NCBI GenBank assembly: GCA_022800935.1
Contig: JAAWRH010000020.1
Location: 507-64,506 of the forward strand
Reading direction: 5' to 3'
Origin: Oscillospiraceae bacterium
Lineage (GTDB): Bacteria > Bacillota > Clostridia > Oscillospirales > Ruminococcaceae
Length of the DNA stretch: 64,000 nt
A program made the translations under genes and the position numbers. The first letter of the stretch is position 1. Each line of letters begins with the position of its first letter. Below are positions 29,807 to 38,007 of the stretch, one piece after another. The notes under the pieces are model-generated. The model was not told the DNA's origin. It was given only the letters and a program-made list of their open reading frames with translations, and did no database searches.

Positions 29807-30427
29807 TCAAATCCACCCGCTGACCGAGGTGAATTCCCGGCCGTTGTCGTCGTTGTAAAACGAGGCCAGCAGCCCTCTCCCCGCCTCAAACTCGTTGCGG
29901 TACTGGGTGGCGATGGCCAGGTCGTCGTCCTTGTAAAGCTGGCTGGCCGCGTAAAGGGGAATCAGCCGGGCGGCCTCCGGGGGCAGGGCGATCTCCTCCT
30001 CGTCCCCCGTCCTTGCGTCCACCCACTTGGGATAAACCTGGTAGTAAAGCACCCATACCCCTTCCCGGCTTCCGTCCAGCCAGACAGAGGCTTCCCCCTC
30101 CATCCGGTATCCTCCGCTCTGCCGCAGGCGGGGTCCCCCTCCCGCCGGGGCGAAGTATATCTCCCCAGGCAGCAGGCGGAGGAAATCCCCGTCCAGCTCC
30201 TTCAGGTTCCGGAACAGGAGGGGATCGCTCCCCTCCCTCGGCTCAACCGGGATATCCATCCGGCGCACCAGCGGCTTTCCGGCGGTGGAAAGCAATGCCA
30301 GCGCCTCGTTGACCGCCCCAGGCAGGGCGGTGAGGAAGGCCCTGGTGCTGTCGTCCTCCACAATTCTCTCCCCCTCCATGGCGAATACCTTTTGCAGGCA
30401 GAGCGCCTTCAGTTCGCCGTAGGTCAT
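29807..30427 (-). CDS. Phage-like head-tail adaptor-sized protein
   Basis: 206 aa directly after the capsid gene. Alternative GTG start at 30436 overlaps the capsid stop. The assignment is positional. Confidence 0.5.
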   Translation of the reverse strand: MTYGELKALCLQKVFAMEGERIVEDDSTRAFLTALPGAVNEALALLSTAGKPLVRRMDIPVEPREGSDPLLFRNLKELDGDFLRLLPGEIYFAPAGGGPRLRQSGGYRMEGEASVWLDGSREGVWVLYYQVYPKWVDARTGDEEEIALPPEAARLIPLYAASQLYKDDDLAIATQYRNEFEAGRGLLASFYNDDNGREFTSVSGWI

Positions 30428-30432
30428 ACGCC

Positions 30433-31455
30433 TCACCCCGCTGCGCCGGTACCGGCGGCAATCAGCTGCGTCCCCCCGGTCACGCCGCCGATGCAGATGG
30501 CTCTCCAGTTGTTGAACCCCGCGGAAAACCGGGCGCGGCCGTTCCAGACATTGTTGTCGTTGTTCTCGTCCACCCAGGAGTGAACGGAAAGGGGAATGCG
30601 GTCAATCCACACCAACCCGGCGCGGCTGTTGTTATACCGGCTGTCCAGCAGGAACCAGGGCTTTTCCGCGTCGGTGACGCGGGTCAGGTAGGGCCACACG
30701 ATGACGTTCCACCGGCCATACTGGTAGTTAAAGCCGTTGTTGGCGGTGGCGGGGTCCTTGTCCGCGCCGATGGCGGCGAAGACATCCCGCTTGAGGGTGT
30801 AGTCGTTGGGGATGATGATGGTGTCCGGGGCGATGTTCAGCACAAAGCCGTTGTCGTCCTTGAAATTCTGCATGGCGGTTTCCGCCGCGGACAGGGCGTC
30901 CAGGGAAAACGCATCGGCAAAGCGGTTGCTCTGGGCGGAGGTCCCGCTGGTGATGGAGGGGTGCTCCTTGGAAAACAGGGGCCGCCCGTCGGCGCAGGAG
31001 GTGTCATAGGTCTTGGAGGCAAAGGTCATCTTGGTGTTCACGCCCCCCGCCAGCATAGCCCCCGCGAAAAGCTCCCTGGTGCGGTTGTAGCTGTCGGTAA
31101 AGCCCAGGGCCTGCTGGGAAATTTCCAGCATCTTGTTGTCCTCCACCATCTCCTTGGTGATGGAAAACTGGCTCTTCCAGGTGTCCGGCTCCACGGTTTT
31201 GGAATACCCCTCCTGGATGGAGGCCTTGGGATAGACCCCGCCCTCCCCTACGGGGGAGAAGTTCCCCATGCTGGTGCGGGAGGTGATCTTCTCCGCAAAG
31301 TTGTGGGACTGGACCTTTTTAAACAGCTTTGGGATGGCGCTCATCTGCTCGAAGGCCTCCACATCCCGCTCCAGCAGCATCTGGATGGGCTCCTGGCTCT
31401 TGCCGAAGAACGAGTCGTTCAGTCCGCTTGCCTTGGAAAATACAACGTCTGCCAT
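30433..31455 (-). CDS. Phage major capsid protein (HK97-fold, Mu gpT-like pattern)
   Basis: 340 aa. The segment SMGNFSPVGEGGVYPKASIQEGYSKTVEPDTWKSQFSITKEMVEDNKM resembles the gpT-type capsid signature (…KFES.V.V.R.DIEDD…). Preceded by an acidic scaffold-like gene. Confidence 0.6.
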   Translation of the reverse strand: MADVVFSKASGLNDSFFGKSQEPIQMLLERDVEAFEQMSAIPKLFKKVQSHNFAEKITSRTSMGNFSPVGEGGVYPKASIQEGYSKTVEPDTWKSQFSITKEMVEDNKMLEISQQALGFTDSYNRTRELFAGAMLAGGVNTKMTFASKTYDTSCADGRPLFSKEHPSITSGTSAQSNRFADAFSLDALSAAETAMQNFKDDNGFVLNIAPDTIIIPNDYTLKRDVFAAIGADKDPATANNGFNYQYGRWNVIVWPYLTRVTDAEKPWFLLDSRYNNSRAGLVWIDRIPLSVHSWVDENNDNNVWNGRARFSAGFNNWRAICIGGVTGGTQLIAAGTGAAG

Positions 31456-31492
31456 AAAATAAAACTCCTTTCGTCACCGCCTGTTCAGGCGG

Positions 31493-32089
31493 TTATTTTT
31501 TTCTCTTTGCCCGGTGATAGTGGGCGCGGATATCCTGTTCGGGCACATTGGGGTTGAGGGCGCGGTACCACTGGAACACGCTGCCGGGCACCGGCGGGTC
31601 GTCCAGGGCTCCCCCTGCCGCGGGCAGAAGGTGGGCCCTCCCCGCCAGGGAGCTGACAGCGGCCTGCCATGCCGCCTCCCTTTGCCGGGCCAGAATGTCC
31701 TCCAGGTTGACCAGCAGAAAGGCGTCGGAAAGCCCCAGCCCCACAGGGCGTATCCTCTGCCAAAGGGCAAGGGTGTCCGCTCCCCCCTTCATGCGGGCCA
31801 CGGCGCTCAGCCCTTCCTCCCGCAGGCTCTCCGGGTTCTCAATGTCCGGGAAGCGGTCCAGCAGCTCCTCAATCTGCCGCAGAATCTCCCGTTCCGCCTC
31901 CTCCCATTCGCCAGGCTGCTCCTCATCCTCATATTCCTCCTCTTCATAGAGCTCCTCCGGCTGATCGGCCTCGTCCTCCTCCGGCTGGGCAAGCTGTCTC
32001 TGGCGCAGACGGTCCAGCAGCATCTCCTGGAAGGAGCTGTAGCCGTGCCTGCGGGCAAATTCCTCCAATTTGGGGTTTGACCTGTTCAT
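31493..32089 (-). CDS. Scaffolding-like acidic protein
   Basis: 198 aa with the run EEDEADQPEELYEEEEYEDEEQPGEWEEAE. Lies between the portal and capsid genes. Confidence 0.45.
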   Translation of the reverse strand: MNRSNPKLEEFARRHGYSSFQEMLLDRLRQRQLAQPEEDEADQPEELYEEEEYEDEEQPGEWEEAEREILRQIEELLDRFPDIENPESLREEGLSAVARMKGGADTLALWQRIRPVGLGLSDAFLLVNLEDILARQREAAWQAAVSSLAGRAHLLPAAGGALDDPPVPGSVFQWYRALNPNVPEQDIRAHYHRAKRKK

Positions 32090-32116
32090 TGCAATTCTCC
32101 CTTCTTTCGTTCCACA

Positions 32117-32146
32117 GCCTGCGGGCCGTGCCCGGCCCGCAGGCTC
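32117..32146. other. 12-bp perfect GC-rich hairpin between small ORF and scaffold gene
   Basis: GCCTGCGGGCCG-TGCC-CGGCCCGCAGGC. No U-tract on either strand. Confidence 0.7.
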
Positions 32147-32149
32147 CTC

Positions 32150-32320
32150 TCATTTCTTCGGCTTCCGTTCCGCCCGCGGACCGCGGGCGCGCAGGTCCCC
32201 GCCGGTCTTCACCGCTGGGGCTCCCTTGGGCGCGGTGGGAACCGGCGCCTGGACATACTGGGCCCCCGTGTTCCCGATGCGCCCGATGTAGTCGCTTTTG
32301 CTGTCACTGCGTACTGACAT
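32150..32320 (-). CDS. Small basic protein (56 aa), below the ORF-track cutoff
   Basis: My translation is MSVRSDSKSDYIGRIGNTGAQYVQAPVPTAPKGAPAVKTGGDLRARGPRAERKPKK. RBS GGAGAAAGGAG upstream. Confidence 0.35.
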   Translation of the reverse strand: MSVRSDSKSDYIGRIGNTGAQYVQAPVPTAPKGAPAVKTGGDLRARGPRAERKPKK

Positions 32321-32371
32321 TCTGCATTTTCTCCTTTCTCCAATCCCGGCTTGCCGGGTGTTTTTTACGGA

Positions 32372-32551
32372 TTACTTCAGCTGATTCCGGACCTTCTGCA
32401 CCGGCTGTTCAAAGCTGGCGCACTGGGGGTTGCGGCATTGCAGCTCCTGCACATAGAACACTTCTGTCTTTTCTTCCGGCGACTGGTCGCCGGTCACCTC
32501 CACATACCCCCTCTGGATGCGCAGGGTACAGCCGCACAGGGGACAAACCAT
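32372..32551 (-). CDS. Small zinc-ribbon protein (59 aa), below the ORF-track cutoff
   Basis: My translation is MVCPLCGCTLRIQRGYVEVTGDQSPEEKTEVFYVQELQCRNPQCASFEQPVQKVRNQLK, with CxxC ... CxxxxC. The ATG begins 1 nt after the portal TAG. Confidence 0.5.
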   Translation of the reverse strand: MVCPLCGCTLRIQRGYVEVTGDQSPEEKTEVFYVQELQCRNPQCASFEQPVQKVRNQLK

Positions 32552-32552
32552 C

Positions 32553-34301
32553 CTATTCCACCTCCTTTCCCTGCTGCTCCTTCATCTGTGCCTCCAGCCT
32601 TGCCTTCATCTGGGAGGCCAAGGGGTAGCTCAGCCCCTCCATCACCTCCCAGAACATCAGCAGGGAGGGCAGGGACCCCGGCTCCCCAAAGGCGCCGTCC
32701 CGGTAGTTCACCCGCGTCTCCTGCCACATGGCCTCCCGGTTGTTGGCCAAAGTCCCGGCGGCATCGGTGCTGAACAGATACCCGTCGTTGTAAAACCACT
32801 GCCCCGCCGCGTCCTGCTCCAAAAAGTCGTACTTGCTGAAGGTGCGGTACTCCGGGGAGCCGTGGATGTCCCTGCTCCGCACCGGTCTGGGCTCGTCGGC
32901 GCAGCAGAGCAGCATCTGGAACATCAGCTGGAACAACTCCCCATAGGCGGCCTGCTTCATCACCCGCTTGCTCTCCAGCCGTCCAGCAGTCTGGTTGGCG
33001 GAAAACTCCTTGGCCCTGCCGCTGACGGCGGTGCTGTCCTCCTTGCCCTGGAAGCTGTCGCTGATGCCCAAGGTGGACTTGGCCCAAAGGTAGTTCTGCT
33101 CCAGCATGGCCATATCCCGGCTCACGTCCGGCTGGACGTTGACCACGTCAATCATGGCCTTCTGGTCCGGCCCGTCCAGCTCAATGACCTTCAGCTCCTC
33201 GTCGGTGCGGCGGATCATCTTTCCCCTGGGCAGCAGTACAAAGGACCCTCCCTTCAGCAGCTTCTCCTCAATTTTGGTGGTCAGCTTTTTCACCGCGTTC
33301 TGCTGGTCCTCCAGCGCCTCCACGTCGGAGTTCCCCAGAAACCGCCCGTAAACGGAGACGTTTTTCCGCACCACCACCGGGTAGCGGTTCATCCGGTAGT
33401 AGGGAATGCGGGTCCGGGTCTTCTTTTCCCTCTTTCCCGTGTACAGGGGGATAACCGAGCCGTCCGCCCGAAGAATGTCGGAACCCAGGGTCTCCCACTC
33501 CTCAATCCCCTCCCGGAAGTCCGCGCACCCGCAGGCGCAGGTCTTTTCCCTGCCCAACCGGGGCCTTCCGCAGGCGGAGCAGCGCTCCAGCCTTCTGGCC
33601 AGGAAATCCTCCAGGTCCTCCAGCAGTTGATCCCCTGTCCAGCTGATTCTCCCGATCCCCCTCTCCCCCCGGTAATACCCGGTCACCACCGTCACCAGCT
33701 CCTGTCCGTCGGAACCGTCAGGGTACTCTCCGGCGGCGTCCCCAGCCCATACCTCCACGCCGAACCGGCGGCGGACCGCCTCGCGGGACTGGGAGGATTC
33801 CAGAAAGAAGTAATCCATCTCCTGCACCTCCGCCACGCCGGGCTGGGGAATAAACTGCCTGGGATGTATCAGCCGGACGGAGAGCTCCCCCACCGCCCGG
33901 TGTCCCGTCTGGGAGCCGTCCCACTCCACCAGCATGATGGAGCCGCCCTGAATAAAGGTAGTCCGCTCCTGCTGGTCATTGAGCACCTCAAAAGGGAGCC
34001 GGTCCAGCTCGTTTCGCAGCTTGTCCTCAACGCTCCGGGCATTGTCCTGGTTCTGGGGGGATACCGCCGTCACCTTTGGCTGGGGGATTATGCTGCTGAT
34101 CTGGCTTTCCACCAGCTCAAAGGCCAGGTTGCGGACGTTGGTGGCGTCCTTCTGGGCGATGGAGCCGGTGGGCGTCCTGATTTCCTTGTCCCCCAGGTAC
34201 AGCTTTTCCCGGCGGTCCATCGCCTCCCGTTCGGCGCTGTACGCGGACCTGGCCCTTTCGTATTTGTCCTGCCAGCAGGCGAGCCGGCCGGACAGGTCCA
34301 T
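32553..34301 (-). CDS. Phage portal-like protein with internal Cys-rich insertion
   Basis: About 582 aa from MDLSGRLACWQDKYERA (a TTG at 34313 is an alternative start; RBS AAAGGAG). First and largest gene of the block and upstream of scaffold and capsid. Contains CSACGRPRLGREKTCACGC. The ORF-track N-terminal extension to 34532 runs through promoter-like AT-rich DNA. Confidence 0.6.
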   Translation of the reverse strand: MDLSGRLACWQDKYERARSAYSAEREAMDRREKLYLGDKEIRTPTGSIAQKDATNVRNLAFELVESQISSIIPQPKVTAVSPQNQDNARSVEDKLRNELDRLPFEVLNDQQERTTFIQGGSIMLVEWDGSQTGHRAVGELSVRLIHPRQFIPQPGVAEVQEMDYFFLESSQSREAVRRRFGVEVWAGDAAGEYPDGSDGQELVTVVTGYYRGERGIGRISWTGDQLLEDLEDFLARRLERCSACGRPRLGREKTCACGCADFREGIEEWETLGSDILRADGSVIPLYTGKREKKTRTRIPYYRMNRYPVVVRKNVSVYGRFLGNSDVEALEDQQNAVKKLTTKIEEKLLKGGSFVLLPRGKMIRRTDEELKVIELDGPDQKAMIDVVNVQPDVSRDMAMLEQNYLWAKSTLGISDSFQGKEDSTAVSGRAKEFSANQTAGRLESKRVMKQAAYGELFQLMFQMLLCCADEPRPVRSRDIHGSPEYRTFSKYDFLEQDAAGQWFYNDGYLFSTDAAGTLANNREAMWQETRVNYRDGAFGEPGSLPSLLMFWEVMEGLSYPLASQMKARLEAQMKEQQGKEVE

Positions 34302-34428
34302 TTCCTGTTTCAACTTTTCTCTGCTCCTTTCGTCTGTAAGAGGCTGTCCCAGAGATTTGGAACAGTCATTTGGGGGATAAATTTTTTTCTCTGTCACCTC
34401 CCCTGTGCCTTTATTATAGTTTCTCTTT

Positions 34429-34446
34429 TTCGGAAATTTCGGAAAT
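34429..34446. repeat. Perfect tandem 9-mer TTCGGAAAT x2 in the 5' leader of the phage-like block
   Basis: Read directly: TTCGGAAATTTCGGAAAT, which contains the palindrome GAAATTTC. Confidence 0.9.
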
Positions 34447-34515
34447 ATTTCTCTTTTCGAGATTTTTATAAATGCAAAAAAAGCGCTCTGTCTACTTGCG
34501 CTTTGACCTTTCATA

Positions 34516-34524
34516 TGATATAAT
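34516..34524 (+). promoter_or_regulatory. Extended -10 promoter element facing the sortase operon
   Basis: TGaTATAAT. The nearby TTGACC is only 10 nt upstream, so it is not a usable -35. Confidence 0.35.
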
Positions 34525-34531
34525 ACAGACA

Positions 34532-34560
34532 ATCATATTGCTTTTTTGATGAATTGACAA
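34532..34560 (-). promoter_or_regulatory. Sigma70-type promoter for the phage-like block
   Basis: On the minus strand: TTGTCA, 17-nt spacer, TATGAT. Confidence 0.45.
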
Positions 34561-34589
34561 ACCATCGCGAGTTGATTCCCGCCTTTAAA

Positions 34590-34625
34590 CTGGCCGGTCC
34601 GGATCTCCGGCCCGGCTGGTTTTTT
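34590..34625 (+). terminator. Intrinsic terminator-like hairpin upstream of srtB (leader or attenuator, or end of a short RNA)
   Basis: 13-position stem CTGGCCGGTCCGG / CCGGCCCGGCTGG (2 G-U pairs, 1 mismatch), 4-nt loop, then TTTTTT. Confidence 0.6.
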
Positions 34626-34666
34626 GAAAATACCAATTACCCCAAAGGAAAGAAAGGATTTGGGAT

Positions 34667-35491
34667 ATGGACAGAAAAAAAATTTTGAATATCGTTCGCC
34701 TGCTGCTGCTCGTTGTATTGTCATTCAGCGTCATAATGTCAATCCAGCGGCTGCTTCAGAACCTACAGGCGTCGCGGAACCGTTCCGACGCCCTCCAGCT
34801 TACCGGTCTGGACCAGGCGGTTTCCACCCCCGCTGACCCCAACGCCTCGGCGGGACCATACGACCCCCAGAAGCCGGTCCTCCCCCCGGAGGCCTCCAAG
34901 CTCGCCAAGCTCCGCCTGGAGGGGCTTCAGGAGATTAACAGCGACGTCACCGGCTGGATTGAAATCCCCGGAACCCCCATCTCCTATCCCCTGCTGCTGG
35001 GGGTGGACGGCGACTATTACTTAAACAACAACTGGAAGAAGGAGGCCAGCCGGGACGGTTCCATCTTCCTGGACGCCACCAGCAATCCGGACCTGACCAA
35101 CTTCCACACCCTGATTCACGGCCACCGCATTCTCTTCAGCGAGGAGATGTTCAGCACCCTGGAACGGTATAAGGAGACAGCATACTGGCAGGAGCATCCC
35201 AGCATTTACCTGGTGATTGAAGACGGCATCTACCGCTACGATATCTTCGCCGCCTTTGAGGCCAACGCCCGCGGCGCGGTCTACCGGCTGGACCTGGACG
35301 ACAAAAGGGATCAGTTCATCGAGTTCTGCCTGGAGAGCAGCGTTCTCAAAACGGACGTAAAGCCGTTGGCCGAAGAAAGGCTTCTCACCCTTTCCACCTG
35401 TACTGCCAACAACACCAGAAAGCGGTGGGTGGTCCAGGGGGTACTTCGGGAGATTTATGACCGGGACCCCTCTGTTGTCCCGAATCCATAG
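34667..35491 (+). CDS. srtB: Class B sortase
   Basis: N-terminal TM anchor, IEIPGTPISYPLL, HGHR, and the catalytic TLSTC motif. Confidence 0.85.
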   Translation: MDRKKILNIVRLLLLVVLSFSVIMSIQRLLQNLQASRNRSDALQLTGLDQAVSTPADPNASAGPYDPQKPVLPPEASKLAKLRLEGLQEINSDVTGWIEIPGTPISYPLLLGVDGDYYLNNNWKKEASRDGSIFLDATSNPDLTNFHTLIHGHRILFSEEMFSTLERYKETAYWQEHPSIYLVIEDGIYRYDIFAAFEANARGAVYRLDLDDKRDQFIEFCLESSVLKTDVKPLAEERLLTLSTCTANNTRKRWVVQGVLREIYDRDPSVVPNP

Positions 35492-35603
35492 CAGGGCCCC
35501 TTACATCTGACCAATACGTCAGAGCTCGTCCCTTTGGGACAGCTTTATCGACGTTTTCCATTTATCCCCAGCGATCCAGCTATAGAAAAAAGGAGAGGTT
35601 TTT

Positions 35604-36632
35604 ATGAAAAACTGGAAAAAAACAACCCTGATTGCGGTTCTGACCCTCTGCCTGCTGGCAGGCTGCGCCCCTGCTGCTGCGAATACGGAACTCGATCTGT
35701 CCGCCTCCTATACGGAACAGGCTTCGGACGGGGAAATTGATCTGTCCACCGTCTACACCAACCAGGTGACGCTGGAAAATGTGGTCCTGGAGGACGAAAT
35801 GGTCCCCCTTGCCGCCTCTGCTGCGGTTGATACCATGCTGCTTCCCACCGCCTCCGGCAAAAAGGTGAAGTCCGACGGCGGCGCGGAAATCGACTATTCC
35901 AACACCGGGGACGGATATGTCATGGCCCGTGTTTCCTCTAAAAGCGGCCCCCGCCTGAAAGTCCAGGTGCTGGGTCCCACCACCACCTATACCTACGATC
36001 TGCCCCGCGGCTCCTGGGCGGTGTTCCCCCTCTCCGACGGCAACGGCAACTATACCGTCCGGGTGATGCAGAACGTCCAGGGCTCCAAATACGGGATGCT
36101 TACCTCGGTCAACTTCACCCTCAAGCTGAAGGATGAGTTCGCCCCCTTCCTACGCCCCAACCAGTACGTCAACTACGACGGAGCCGATAATACCATCAGC
36201 AAGGCCCAGGAGCTCACCGGCAGTCTGTCCAACCCCTTGGACAAGGTGCAGGCGGTCTACGATTACGTTGTCGGCAACCTGACCTATGACCAGCAAAAGG
36301 CCCAGACCGTTCAAAGCGGCTATCTGCCCGACCTAGATTCCGTTTTGGCCAATAAAACCGGCATCTGTTTCGACTATGCCGCCCTCATGACCGGAATGCT
36401 CCGCAGCCAGGGTGTTCCCACCAAGCTGGTGGTCGGCTACGCGGGCCAGGCCTACCACGCCTGGGTAAACGTCTGGACAGAGGAAACTGGCTGGGTTGAC
36501 GGCGTCATCTTCTTCGACGGGACTACCTGGCAGAGGATGGACCCCACCTTTGCCTCCTCCGGCAACGGGAGCGACGCCATTATGCAGTATATCGGCAACG
36601 GTAAAAATTACACCGTCAAATACCTCTACTAG
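35604..36632 (+). CDS. Transglutaminase-like cysteine protease-fold lipoprotein
   Basis: Lipobox LCLLAGC. Core GICFDYAALMTGMLRSQGVPTKLVVGY...YHAWVNVW...WQRMDPT gives a Cys-His-Asp triad. Confidence 0.85.
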   Translation: MKNWKKTTLIAVLTLCLLAGCAPAAANTELDLSASYTEQASDGEIDLSTVYTNQVTLENVVLEDEMVPLAASAAVDTMLLPTASGKKVKSDGGAEIDYSNTGDGYVMARVSSKSGPRLKVQVLGPTTTYTYDLPRGSWAVFPLSDGNGNYTVRVMQNVQGSKYGMLTSVNFTLKLKDEFAPFLRPNQYVNYDGADNTISKAQELTGSLSNPLDKVQAVYDYVVGNLTYDQQKAQTVQSGYLPDLDSVLANKTGICFDYAALMTGMLRSQGVPTKLVVGYAGQAYHAWVNVWTEETGWVDGVIFFDGTTWQRMDPTFASSGNGSDAIMQYIGNGKNYTVKYLY

Positions 36633-36642
36633 GAGACGCTTT

Positions 36643-37677
36643 ATGAAACAGATTCTATCCAATGAAGATATCTCTCTCTTTTGCCAGGAGCTGGCCCTCC
36701 TTCTCCACGCGGGGGTGGGAACCGGCGACGCCCTGGCCCTCCTCGCCGAGGAGGAAAAGGAGAAGGACGGAGGATTTCTCACCGCCTTAGCTGAACAGGT
36801 GGATGCTGGTTCGTCCCTGGGGGACGCCCTCAGCCAAAGCGGGGCTTTCCCCCCCTATCTTTGCGGCCTTGTCTCGGTGGGCGAAAAAACCGGCCGCACC
36901 GAGGAAGCCCTTGCCGCCCTGTCCGATTATTACGAGCAGCGGGTCCGCCTCAACCGCCGGATTCGCTCCGCCCTTCTCTATCCCGCTGTCATGCTGGCCC
37001 TGATGCTGGTGGTGATTGGGATACTGCTCATCAAGGTGCTGCCGATTTTCGACGACGTCTACGCCAGCCTGGGCGGGCGGCTCACCGGCGTGGCCGGGGG
37101 GTTGCTGGCCCTGGGCCGTGGCCTGGAGCGCGCCCTTCCGGTCCTCTGGATTCTGCTGGCCGCCGCTGTCCTCTTTGCCCTGCTCTTCACCTTTGTCAAA
37201 CCGCTCCGCGCCAAGCTCACCCTCTGGTGGCAGGAAAAGCACGGGGATAAGGGGATATCCCGCAAGCTCAATAACGCCCGCCTGGCCCAGGCCATGGCCA
37301 TGGGAATGGCCAGCGGCCTCCCGGTAGAGGAAGCCGTCACTCTCTCCGCCAACCTGATGGAGGGAGGGGCCAAGCGCCGCTGTCTGGACTGTGGGGAACG
37401 GCTGGAAAAGGGTGAAGCCCTCAGCGAGGCGCTCAATCAAAGCGGCCTCCTTCCCCCCCGCCAGTGCCGCATCCTGGAGCTGGGCCAACGGGGAGGCGTT
37501 GCCGACACCTCCATGGCAAAAATCGCCCAGGAGCTTATGGAAGAGGGGGAAACCGCCCTGGACGCCATGGTCAGCCGGGTGGAGCCCGCTCTGGTGCTGG
37601 TCTGCTCCCTGCTGGTGGGGCTCATCCTCCTTTCGGTTATGCTGCCGCTGATGAACATCATGGCGGCTATCGGGTGA
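36643..37677 (+). CDS. GspF/PilC-family platform protein
   Basis: 344 aa with two T2SSF-like repeats (LSQSGAFPPYLCGLVSVGEKTGRTEEAL and LNQSGLLPPRQCRILELGQRGGVADTSM) and 3 TM segments. Start MKQILS (ATG 36643). Confidence 0.85.
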   Translation: MKQILSNEDISLFCQELALLLHAGVGTGDALALLAEEEKEKDGGFLTALAEQVDAGSSLGDALSQSGAFPPYLCGLVSVGEKTGRTEEALAALSDYYEQRVRLNRRIRSALLYPAVMLALMLVVIGILLIKVLPIFDDVYASLGGRLTGVAGGLLALGRGLERALPVLWILLAAAVLFALLFTFVKPLRAKLTLWWQEKHGDKGISRKLNNARLAQAMAMGMASGLPVEEAVTLSANLMEGGAKRRCLDCGERLEKGEALSEALNQSGLLPPRQCRILELGQRGGVADTSMAKIAQELMEEGETALDAMVSRVEPALVLVCSLLVGLILLSVMLPLMNIMAAIG

Positions 37678-37686
37678 TGTGCTGAT

Positions 37687-38007
37687 ATGAAGAGAAGAAG
37701 AAAATGGAACCTGGGAATGTTTGCCTGGTTGCTCCCGCTGGTATTTGTCATCGCAGCGGTCTGCTTTGCCACTGCCCTGGACAGTCTGGACCAGGGGCGG
37801 GAGGCGGAGAGCGTCCGTCAGCTGGAGCAGACGCTGCGCCGGGGCTGTGTGGCCTGCTACGCCGCCGAGGGATTCTATCCCCCTGACCTGGAATACCTGG
37901 AGGAACATTATGGGATACAGATCGAGGATTCCGGCTATATCGTCCGGTATATGACCTTTGGAGAAAACCTCATGCCGGATATTACTGTATTGGAGAGAAC
38001 GCAATGA
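37687..38007 (+). CDS. Small membrane-anchored pilin-like protein 1
   Basis: MKRRRKWNLG|MFAWLLPLVFVIAAVCFATAL: basic N-terminus, Gly, then about 20 hydrophobic residues. No Glu at +5. Confidence 0.5.
   Translation: MKRRRKWNLGMFAWLLPLVFVIAAVCFATALDSLDQGREAESVRQLEQTLRRGCVACYAAEGFYPPDLEYLEEHYGIQIEDSGYIVRYMTFGENLMPDITVLERTQ

Noticed and set aside
32517-34523. 668-aa plus-strand ORF, plus similar long ORFs at 1128..2696(+), 5572..6732(-), 7306..8454(-), 10451..11575(-), 17595..19112(+), 20535..21677(+), 23403..24722(+), 36787..38019(-) and 62140..63534(-).
   Set aside because: All lie antisense to genes with clear family motifs. They are Arg/Gly/Pro/His-rich with no recognisable domains, which is typical of stop-poor shadow frames in GC-rich DNA.
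25101-34660. A classical integrated prophage with att sites.
   Set aside because: No integrase or recombinase is present, and I could not find direct repeats at the two borders by eye. A systematic repeat search would be needed to be certain.
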